64,000 bases of DNA. Origin: a bacterium. Its GTDB lineage: Bacteria; UBA8248. The position numbers were made by a program, and so were the translations under genes. The stretch is taken from positions 3,840,001 to 3,904,000 of the forward strand of contig OZ242260.1 of the NCBI GenBank assembly GCA_965207065.1, read 5' to 3'. Under the pieces are notes generated by a model that saw only the letters and a list, made by a program, of their open reading frames with translations, did no database searches and was not told the DNA's origin. This document shows positions 56,203 through 64,000 of this stretch, piece after piece. Numbering within the stretch: the stretch's first letter is position 1; each line of letters begins with the position of its first letter.

Positions 56203-58089
56203 TTATTCCGTTTGCTCACCCGCCTCGGTAGCAGCCTCCGCAACGGTTTCCACTTCGGGCTCCGTCTCCGCCGCTTCGGGCTCGGCTTCCGCAACGACTT
56301 CCGCCTCGGGCTCGCCCTCTACTTCCTCGGCTACTCCATCTACAGCTTCTTCTGCTACTTCACCCGAGGGCGCACTTTCCTCTTCAGGCGGTTCCACGGG
56401 CTGTGGCGCCCGGCTGACCACCGGGTCCTCACCGGTGGACTCCACATAGGCGCGGATGCTCAAGCCCAGCCTTCTTTGCTCCCGATCGATCTTGATGACG
56501 CGCATTTTGAACACGTCGCCCACGTGCACCACGTCCTGTGGTTCTTTCACCTTATCCGAGTCGAGTTCGGAAATGTGGACCAGCCCCTCCAGGTCTTCCT
56601 CCGGAGCGGCAAATACGCCGAAGTTCGTAATTTTCGTGACTTTCGCCTCGATATCGTCATCCACCGCATAGCGGTCGTTGATGTCGTCCCAGGGGTCCGG
56701 GGTGATTTGCTTCATACCGAGGGAGAGGCGTTCTTTCTCGACGTCCACACTCAGAACAACCGCCTCGATATCCTGTCCCTTGCGCAGGATTTCAGATGGG
56801 TGTTTGAAGCGCTGGGTCCAGGAAATGTCCGAAATGTGGATGAGGCCGTCGATGCCCTCGTCCAAGGCGACGAAAGCGCCGAATTCCGTCAGATTGCGGA
56901 TGCTGCCCGTCACGCGCATCCCCACGGGGTATTTCTCCTCCACCGTGGTCCACGGGTTGGCCTCGACCTGCTTCATGCCCAGCGAGATTCTGCGGCCTTC
57001 CTTGTCGAGGTTCAAAACGACGGCTTCCACTATATCGCCCACCGCCACGAATTTCGAAGGATGGCGAACGCGCCTCGTCCAGGACATCTCCGACACATGC
57101 ACCAAGCCCTCGACGCCCTGTTCGAGTTCGACGAAAGCGCCGTAGTCGGTGATGGAGACGACGCGTCCGCGAACCTTGCCGGTCATGGGATATTTGATTT
57201 CCACGTGTTCCCAGGGGTCAGGCGTGATCTGCTTGTGACCCAGGGAGACGCGCTCGCGCTCCTTGTCGTATTTGAGCACGATGACCTTGACGCTGTCCCC
57301 GATGGAGAGGAGTTCACTCGGATGGCTCACCCGTCCCCAGGACATGTCCGTGATATGGAGCAGACCGTCGATACCGCCGAGGTCGATGAACGCCCCGTAG
57401 TCGGTAATGTTCTTGACGACGCCGACCTTTTCCATGCCCTCCGTGAGGTTTGCGAGCGTCTCGCGCTTGAGTTCCGCTCTCTCATCCTCTAGCAGCACGC
57501 GCCTGGAAAGTACGATGTTCCCACGCTTTCTGTTGAGCTTTATGATCTTCATGTCAAAGGATTTGCCAATAAACTGATCGAGGTTCCTCACCGGCCTCAG
57601 ATCGACCTGGGAACCCGGCAAAAAGGCCTTGAGGCCGATGTCGACCGTAAGCCCACCCTTGATACGGGCGACCACCTCGCCCTGGATAATCTCGTCGTTG
57701 TCATGGGCTTTGCTGATCTCGTCCCAAATCTTGATGCGGTTGGCTTTCTCCTTCGAGAGCACGATGAGGCCATCGTCATCCTCACGCTCTTCGACAAAAA
57801 CCTCTACACTGTCGCCAGGCTTGAGATCCCGCCCGCGGCTCGGAAATTCAAATCGAGGCACAAAACCCTCTGATTTATAACCCACATCAACCAGCACATA
57901 GTCGCCTTCCATCCCCACAACCGTTCCTTCGATGATTTCGCCATCCTTCACCTGCATCGTGGAGGCGTATAAATCATCCATCTGCTCAGGGGAAAGGGTG
58001 TCGGGATCTACTTCGTCGGGTAGTAATTCGGCCACCTTCGATGAGAAGGCGGGAAGAGCCTCTGTTTCGTTAGAGGGAGTTTCCGTCAT
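56203..58089 (-). CDS. rpsA: 30S ribosomal protein S1
   Basis: Repeated S1 domains (YGAFIDLGGIDGLLHITDMSW and others); acidic tail. Confidence 0.97.
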   Translation of the reverse strand: MTETPSNETEALPAFSSKVAELLPDEVDPDTLSPEQMDDLYASTMQVKDGEIIEGTVVGMEGDYVLVDVGYKSEGFVPRFEFPSRGRDLKPGDSVEVFVEEREDDDGLIVLSKEKANRIKIWDEISKAHDNDEIIQGEVVARIKGGLTVDIGLKAFLPGSQVDLRPVRNLDQFIGKSFDMKIIKLNRKRGNIVLSRRVLLEDERAELKRETLANLTEGMEKVGVVKNITDYGAFIDLGGIDGLLHITDMSWGRVSHPSELLSIGDSVKVIVLKYDKERERVSLGHKQITPDPWEHVEIKYPMTGKVRGRVVSITDYGAFVELEQGVEGLVHVSEMSWTRRVRHPSKFVAVGDIVEAVVLNLDKEGRRISLGMKQVEANPWTTVEEKYPVGMRVTGSIRNLTEFGAFVALDEGIDGLIHISDISWTQRFKHPSEILRKGQDIEAVVLSVDVEKERLSLGMKQITPDPWDDINDRYAVDDDIEAKVTKITNFGVFAAPEEDLEGLVHISELDSDKVKEPQDVVHVGDVFKMRVIKIDREQRRLGLSIRAYVESTGEDPVVSRAPQPVEPPEEESAPSGEVAEEAVDGVAEEVEGEPEAEVVAEAEPEAAETEPEVETVAEAATEAGEQTE

Positions 58090-58225
58090 CTGATTGCGTT
58101 ACCCCGTTTTGAGAAAAAGAAAATTGCCGCCACCGCTAAAGCGACCACCGCTATTGCAGACATCGGCATGAAATTGGCACAAGTAAATATATTACACCTG
58201 AGAAAGGAGAGAATCAACCAATAAC

Positions 58226-58939
58226 TCAAGCATCCTCAATGACTTCCCCGTACACCAGGCGGAGTTTCTCTAACATGGCCTCAAGCACCTGGTCAACGCC
58301 CATGTTGTTCGTTTTAATCTCCACAGCGTCCTCGGCTTTTCTCAGCGGCGCGCTGGATCTGTGGCGATCTCTCTCGTCCCTGCGCTTCAAGTCTTCGCGC
58401 AGACGATCGGTGTCAAACGATACTCCCCTCGCCTTGAGTTCGGCGAAACGCCGCTGGATCCGCACTTCGATGTCCGCGTCGAGAAAAAATTTGAGTCTGG
58501 CTTCCGGGAAGACGACCGTGCCGATGTCGCGCCCATCGATGACGGCCCCGCGCTTGCGCCCGAAATTCCTTTGAAAATCGAGCAGCGCCGCCCTCACTCC
58601 CGGTATCGCCGACACGCGCGACGCCATATCGCTTATCTCTTCGTCCCGCAGCGCGTCCGTAACGTCTTCCCCGTCCAGAATATTCCTCCAGACGCTCCCC
58701 TCTTTGCGGCACTCAAAGCGCAAATCCCGCGCTGAGTCGACCGCCCGGTTCTCGAAATCACCCTCTTGATTTTCCTTCAAAACCCGATAACCCACCGCCC
58801 GGTAAAGCGCGCCGCTTTCGAGATAGTCGAAATCCAACCTCTCAGCGATCCTTTTGGCCGCCGTGCTCTTGCCCGAACCTGCGGGACCATCGATGGGAAT
58901 GACGATGCCGGCAGATTTGCGGCTCGATTTCTCCTTCAA
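58226..58939 (-). CDS. cmk: Cytidylate kinase
   Basis: IDGPAGSGKST, GALYR, DGRDIGTVVFP; TTG start overlapping the tyrA stop. Confidence 0.93.
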   Translation of the reverse strand: MKEKSSRKSAGIVIPIDGPAGSGKSTAAKRIAERLDFDYLESGALYRAVGYRVLKENQEGDFENRAVDSARDLRFECRKEGSVWRNILDGEDVTDALRDEEISDMASRVSAIPGVRAALLDFQRNFGRKRGAVIDGRDIGTVVFPEARLKFFLDADIEVRIQRRFAELKARGVSFDTDRLREDLKRRDERDRHRSSAPLRKAEDAVEIKTNNMGVDQVLEAMLEKLRLVYGEVIEDA

Positions 58940-59796
58940 GCCCAACCCTTTTTCTGCGCCCATTCGTCCCGGCCATTTTTGGCTCTCGAAAACGCGCGCT
59001 CGAGCCCCTCGGATTCCGCCTCCTCCAGCAAACTGCGGAGACCCGCCAGCTCGCTCTCGAACCTGTCCAGCGCGTCCAGAAGCGCCTCCTGGTTGTCCTC
59101 GCAGATTTCGCGCCACATTTCCGCCCCGGAGGAGGCGATTCGGGAAAAATCACGAAATCCGCTCGACGCATGCCGGAGCGCCCCACCATCGAGGGCGGTG
59201 TTCATCATGGCGTAGGCCACCAGATGAGGAAGATGGCTGATGTCGGCCATCACGCGATCATGTGTCACGGGGTCGAGAATCTCGACGTTCGCGCCCACTC
59301 CCTCCCATAACGTGCGCAAACGCTCGATGGATTCGGGGTGTGTTCTCTCCGTAGGCGTCAGGATGGTCTGGTGCGCTTCAAAGAGAGTTGAGAAACTCGC
59401 TTCCACCCCGGTTTTCTCGCCTCCGGCGACGGGATGGCTCGCCAGAAATTTCACATCGCCCAATTCCATCGCCTCCACCGCACGCACGTATGGCGCCTTT
59501 ACGCTGCCCACGTCGGTGAGCAAGGCTCCGGGAGCCATCGCGGGTAAAATCGCCTCCGTCACCCGCACCGCCGCACGCACCGGGGTGCACACCACCACGA
59601 GGTCCGAATCGCGCACCGCCTCCAGGTGATCCGTTTCGAAACGATCCACGACGCCCAACTCAAGCGCGCGCTCGAGGTTGCCCAGGCTCCGGCCTGCACC
59701 GACGAACCTCGAAACGAGACCTCTCTCCCGGGCGGCCCGAGCCAGCGAGCCGCCGATGAGTCCCACGCCGATGATGGTCATCTGCTCGAAAAGCAC
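58936..59796 (-). CDS. tyrA: Prephenate/arogenate dehydrogenase
   Basis: GVGLIGGS, DVGSVK, HPVAG, ISHLPH, GFRDFSRIA. Confidence 0.93.
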   Translation of the reverse strand: MLFEQMTIIGVGLIGGSLARAARERGLVSRFVGAGRSLGNLERALELGVVDRFETDHLEAVRDSDLVVVCTPVRAAVRVTEAILPAMAPGALLTDVGSVKAPYVRAVEAMELGDVKFLASHPVAGGEKTGVEASFSTLFEAHQTILTPTERTHPESIERLRTLWEGVGANVEILDPVTHDRVMADISHLPHLVAYAMMNTALDGGALRHASSGFRDFSRIASSGAEMWREICEDNQEALLDALDRFESELAGLRSLLEEAESEGLERAFSRAKNGRDEWAQKKGWA

Positions 59797-59857
59797 TTTC
59801 CTATCCTTTTCATATACCCATAAATCACATGAGATTATATTTGTATCTATTTGTTAT

Positions 59858-60946
59858 TTATATATTTAACACTTTATATAACGCTTTGATAACCTCTTCG
59901 TTCTCCTGCGGCGTTCCGATGGAAATCCGCAGGTGGCGCGGGAAACCGTACCCCGCCACGGGCCTGACGATGACGCCTTCTCTCAGCAGCGCTTCGTAAA
60001 CCTCCATCGCTTCGCCCACCTCGACCATCATGAAATTCCCCTGCGTAGGCACGAAGGGAAGGCCCATGGCCGACAGCTCGTACACGAAATACTCCCGGCC
60101 CTCGGCGTTCACCGCGACCGACCTTTCGACGTGCCCGGTGTCGCCCAATGCGGCCTGCGCGGCCACGAGCGCCAGGGAATTCACGTTGAACGGCTCACGG
60201 ACGCTCTCCATCGCCTGGGCGACTTCCTCATCCGCCACGCCGTAGCCGACGCGCAGGCCGGCCAGGCCATAGGCCTTGGAGAAGGTGCGCATAGCGACCA
60301 GGTTCGGGAATTCGCCCAGCATCCGTGCGGCGTCGGGGTAATCCTCCAGATGCGCGTAGTGGCAATAGGCCTCGTCCATGACGACGAGGATGGTTTCTGG
60401 AATTTTCCCCAGAAATTCACGGAGTTTCCCCTCCCCCACCGCCGTTCCCGTGGGGTTGTTGGGATTCGCGAGGAACACGATTTTCGTCTTTTCGCAGACC
60501 AGGTCCGCCATGGCGTCCAGGTCCTGGTGATAATCGCGCATCGGGGCGCGCCTGATCTCACACGAGCAGAGCTGCGAGACGATGTGGTAGACGATGAAGG
60601 CGCCCTCTGAGAAAACCACGGGGTCTCCAGGGTCCAGATACGCATGCGCGAGAACCTCCAGGACCTCGTTCGTTCCGTTGCCGAGGACGAAATTCCCAGG
60701 CTCCAGTCCGTGATGTCCGGCCAGCGCGTTTTTGAGATAAAAACCCCCGCCGTCGGGGTAGCGGTGCAATTCCTTGATGGCGCTGTTCACGGCTTCCACG
60801 GCCTTGGGCGACGGCCCCAGAGGGTTCTCGTTCGAGGCCACCTTGATGGAATCGGCGACCCCGAGCTCGCGCTCGAGTTCCTCCACCGGCTTTCCCGGCT
60901 GGTAGACGATGATGTCCGAAACGGGCCGCGCCCTTTGAAATCTCAT
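59858..60946 (-). CDS. hisC: Histidinol-phosphate aminotransferase
   Basis: YQPGKP, ASNENP, NPNNPTG, DEAY, RTFSKAYGLAGLRVGY. Confidence 0.95.
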   Translation of the reverse strand: MRFQRARPVSDIIVYQPGKPVEELERELGVADSIKVASNENPLGPSPKAVEAVNSAIKELHRYPDGGGFYLKNALAGHHGLEPGNFVLGNGTNEVLEVLAHAYLDPGDPVVFSEGAFIVYHIVSQLCSCEIRRAPMRDYHQDLDAMADLVCEKTKIVFLANPNNPTGTAVGEGKLREFLGKIPETILVVMDEAYCHYAHLEDYPDAARMLGEFPNLVAMRTFSKAYGLAGLRVGYGVADEEVAQAMESVREPFNVNSLALVAAQAALGDTGHVERSVAVNAEGREYFVYELSAMGLPFVPTQGNFMMVEVGEAMEVYEALLREGVIVRPVAGYGFPRHLRISIGTPQENEEVIKALYKVLNI

Positions 60947-61013
60947 TCCCTCTCCTCATGAGCCAGCGGCGCAAGACGCCTGCAAGTCTCAAAATCGCTC
61001 AAATCCGGCCATA

Positions 61014-61853
61014 TCAGCTTATCGTGCGCTCTTTTTCCAACACGGGATACGAACCCAACACGCGAACAAAATCCGCCTGATTTCTCAGTTCCGAAATTCC
61101 CAGCGAGATTGCATCATCTTCCGCAAAACCATCGAATTCCATATAGAAAACATATTCCCACGCTGCTTTTCTCGATGGGCGGGATTCGATTTTCGTCATG
61201 TTCAGTTTCTGCCGGGCAATCGGAGCAAGCGCCTGATGTAGAGCGCCCGATTCATTTTTCAAACCGAAGAGAATACTCGTTTTCGAATGCGACCCGGGTT
61301 CGGGCTTTTCGGTTCCGATGACGAAAAAGCGAGTCACGTTGATGAGTTCGGAGTCCAGCTTTTCCTCCAGAACCTTCAGGCCATAATGGTCGGCCGCCAG
61401 CCGGCTGCCCAAAGCCGCAAGCTTCGGGTCTTCAGCGGCCATCTTGGCGGCCAACGAGGTACTCAACACTTGTTCGATCTTGACGTCCGAGGCATATTCG
61501 CGGAGCCAGCGACGGCACTGGGCCACCGCATGGGGGTGGCTCAGGATTCGCTCCACCTCCTCGATGGATTTTGCGTTCGTGAGCAGGTGGATGTCGATGG
61601 GCAGACGAACTTCGCACTCCACCAGCAAAGGCGATTCCAGCAACCTGTCGAGGGTGATGTTGACCGTGCCCTCGATCGCATTCTCGATCGGCACCACGCC
61701 CCACCGGGAGCGGCGGCCTTCCACCTCATCGAACACGGCGTCGATGCTCTGTACGGGCGTGAGAGCAGCCTCCTCGCCGAAGCGCAGTATGGCGGCCTCG
61801 TGCGTAAAGGTGGCCTCGGGCCCCAGATAGCTCACTCTCGGCGAATCGTTCAT
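61014..61853 (-). CDS. pheA: Prephenate dehydratase (no chorismate mutase domain)
   Basis: YLGPEATFT, PIENAIEG, SHPHA, NVTRF, IESRP. Confidence 0.92.
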   Translation of the reverse strand: MNDSPRVSYLGPEATFTHEAAILRFGEEAALTPVQSIDAVFDEVEGRRSRWGVVPIENAIEGTVNITLDRLLESPLLVECEVRLPIDIHLLTNAKSIEEVERILSHPHAVAQCRRWLREYASDVKIEQVLSTSLAAKMAAEDPKLAALGSRLAADHYGLKVLEEKLDSELINVTRFFVIGTEKPEPGSHSKTSILFGLKNESGALHQALAPIARQKLNMTKIESRPSRKAAWEYVFYMEFDGFAEDDAISLGISELRNQADFVRVLGSYPVLEKERTIS

Positions 61854-62000
61854 ATCGCAACACCTCGATCAAGAATAACGCCCCGAAAACCGCGCTATCC
61901 TACCCCAAGGCCCGGCGATTGTGAACGCCCCGAAGCTCTGGCAAACTAGCGCGGTATACGGACGCCATCCGACATTTCATACGAATTCATGAGGAAAAGC

Positions 62001-63134
62001 ATGAAGATAACAGACGTGGAAGCATACATGCTCACCGGCCCGCCGGAGGAGCGCGGCCACTGGGTCAGCCATTACCCCGTCCACCAGGCGAACGAGTTGC
62101 TGATACGGCTTAAGACCGATGAAGGGCTCGAGGGTTTCGGCCTGGGCAGCAGCCGTCTCCTCATCAAGGGCGCGGCCGAGATGTTCAACGAAGGACTCAA
62201 GGAGCTCATCATCGGGGAGGACGCCCTCGCTCCCGAGAGGCTTTATGAAAAGATTTTCTCCATCACCCATCAAAAGCTCGCCTTTGTGAAGGAATGGTCC
62301 CGGAACGGGCTGCTCATCACCAGTGCTGCCCTGGACCTCGCCATGTGGGATATTCTCGGGAAAGCCTCGGGCCAGCCCCTGTTCCGCCTCTTCGGCGGAT
62401 ACCGGGAAGAAGTGCCCTGCTACGTCACCTGCGCCTATTACCGCGACGGGAAGGATTTGGGTGAACTGCGCGAGGAGATGGAAATGCTCCACGAGCAGGG
62501 ACACAAGGCGTTCAAGGCGAAAATCGGCGGCACCTCGCTGGAAGAAGACATGGCGCGCCTGCGGGTTATCCGCGAGGTCATCGGCGATGAGGCCGAACTC
62601 ATGCTCGACGTGAACAGCGCCTGGGACTTGCCCACCGCCATCGAAGGCGCGCGCCTGCTCACCGAAATCCGCCCCCGCTGGCTCGAAGAGCCCGTGCGCT
62701 GGTTCGACGACAGACGGGAACTCAAGATTCTCGCGCGAAAGACGGACATCCCCCTCTCCGCCGGGGAGAGCGAATCGACCGGACACGGCGTGCGCGCGCT
62801 GCTGGAGGAGCAGGCGATAGACATTGTGCAGTTCGACTGCACGCGCATGGGCGGGTTCACCATGGGGAGAAAACTCGCGGCCCTTGCGGAACTCAACCAC
62901 GTGGAGATCGCTCCGCACCACGACTGCTTCATCCACGCCCACATCGTGGCGGCTTCGCCGGCGGGCTGCATCGTGGAGTCGTTCACGGACCCCGAGCGCG
63001 ACCCGCTGCAGGCGGAACTCTTCGAGAACCCGCCCCGCATCGAGAACGGGACGCTCTACCTGAACGAGGAGCCGGGCCTCGGGCTCACGCTCTCGGAACG
63101 TGCGATTGAGAAGTTCGGGACGCGCATCGCGTGA
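62001..63134 (+). CDS. Mandelate racemase/enolase superfamily enzyme
   Basis: DLAMWDI.GK, KAK, DVN, EEP, GE, PGLG. Confidence 0.9.
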   Translation: MKITDVEAYMLTGPPEERGHWVSHYPVHQANELLIRLKTDEGLEGFGLGSSRLLIKGAAEMFNEGLKELIIGEDALAPERLYEKIFSITHQKLAFVKEWSRNGLLITSAALDLAMWDILGKASGQPLFRLFGGYREEVPCYVTCAYYRDGKDLGELREEMEMLHEQGHKAFKAKIGGTSLEEDMARLRVIREVIGDEAELMLDVNSAWDLPTAIEGARLLTEIRPRWLEEPVRWFDDRRELKILARKTDIPLSAGESESTGHGVRALLEEQAIDIVQFDCTRMGGFTMGRKLAALAELNHVEIAPHHDCFIHAHIVAASPAGCIVESFTDPERDPLQAELFENPPRIENGTLYLNEEPGLGLTLSERAIEKFGTRIA

Positions 63135-63199
63135 TGGAGCGATGGAATGATGCGCTTGTCCGAGCAGCCCTACTGTTTATTTGAGCTGCTGAATCTAGG

Positions 63200-64000
63200 T
63201 CAGGGCTTGCCTGCGAGGCTATCCGGCAAGCGATAACTCGTACTCCGCCCACCACCGGGATTCCGAATGAAAATCCCGCGGGCCCTTAAATCCTGAATAT
63301 CCCGAAGCGCCGTATCCGTAGAGCACTTCGCCAGTCTGGCGTATTTCGAAGTATGCATATGTCCTTCGAAATCATCCTCGAGCATACGATTCACGACCAG
63401 GCGCTGGCGTTCGTTGACGGGCTGCCGGTTCATTTCCCCCCAAAGCTGCGCCTTGAACAGAACTTTGCGCAGCGTATCTTCCGCATTGCCGAATGCGCGG
63501 CCCAGGCAATCGAGGAACCATTCCAACCAGTCTGTTATATCCGGTGCGCCGCGTTGTTGTTTTTCCAATTGAGCGTAATATTCCTTGCGCTCGGATTCCA
63601 TTTGTGTCGATAAACTGTAAAAACGATCCGCCATGCCGTCAGAACGGGCCAAAGCCATATCGGCGATGGCTCTCGCAATGCGGCCGTTGCCGTCTTCGAT
63701 TGGATGGATCGTGACGAACCAAAGATGGGCAACCCCGGCTCTCAAGATGGGATCCAGGTTGTTTTTGTCCTCGAACCATCCCAGAAACGACCCCATTTCG
63801 CCTTCGAGCCGACTCGCATCCGGCGCTTCGAAATGAACCTTTTCACGTCCAACGGGGCCTGAAATAATTTGCATGGGACCGGCTTCGGCAGTGCGCCAAT
63901 CGCCTGTTGTAATACGACGCATCCCGCTCCGGCCTGCCGGAAACAACGCAGCATGCCAATCGAATAAACGCTCTCTGGTCAGGGGTTTGGAATATTGCCG
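63200..64000 (-). CDS. Fic-domain protein, 5' end outside the window
   Basis: HPIEDGNGRIAR Fic motif; frame open to the window edge (PLTRERLFDWHAALFP); C-terminal HTH. Confidence 0.9.
   Translation of the reverse strand, partial: RQYSKPLTRERLFDWHAALFPAGRSGMRRITTGDWRTAEAGPMQIISGPVGREKVHFEAPDASRLEGEMGSFLGWFEDKNNLDPILRAGVAHLWFVTIHPIEDGNGRIARAIADMALARSDGMADRFYSLSTQMESERKEYYAQLEKQQRGAPDITDWLEWFLDCLGRAFGNAEDTLRKVLFKAQLWGEMNRQPVNERQRLVVNRMLEDDFEGHMHTSKYARLAKCSTDTALRDIQDLRARGIFIRNPGGGRSTSYRLPDSLAGKP

Noticed and set aside
56203-56420. Low-complexity Glu/Ala/Pro tail of RpsA
   Set aside because: Acidic disordered tails on S1 are common; no discrete repeat unit.
63200-64000. Fic gene as part of a second island or toxin-antitoxin pair
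   Set aside because: Truncated by the window edge; no antitoxin or mobility gene visible.

Overview
Bacterial chromosomal window. The gene order (split Fo atp operon followed by rex; ilvBN-psd-pssA; pheA-hisC-tyrA-cmk-rpsA-ihfB) resembles Desulfobacterota/Nitrospinota-type lineages; this is inference only. Left to right: (1) 1-6270, a GC-rich respiratory molybdoenzyme cluster: diheme cytochrome c, Tat-exported nitrate-reductase-family catalytic subunit, NapG-like, NapH-like fused to an extra periplasmic domain, and a second ferredoxin. (2) 6270-7330, an intergenic mosaic of REP-like palindromes. (3) 7340-37120, housekeeping genes: atp Fo, rex, tsaB, two nested acetolactate synthase pairs, psd/pssA, lptD, ugd/uxs/gmhA, purBCSQLF, mltD, bamD, a sigma factor, pgsA/plsY and a DegT aminotransferase. 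(4) 37167-47679, an apparently intact ~10.5 kb element integrated in the 3' end of tRNA-Leu(CAA). It encodes an integrase, AlpA, a minimal HTH initiator with iterons, large terminase, HNH, HK97-type capsid, protease, adaptor, head closure, portal, a tail-terminator-like protein and an AT-rich membrane cargo gene. It has no tail, lysis, primase or recognisable small terminase gene. This reads as a capsid-forming phage satellite (cf-PICI-like) with non-canonical architecture, including a perfect 11+11 bp H-type pseudoknot between the capsid and protease genes, and it is the best candidate for an undescribed system. (5) 47800-64000, more housekeeping and metabolic genes, ending in a truncated Fic gene. 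All protein calls come from motif recognition by eye; no database searches were run.
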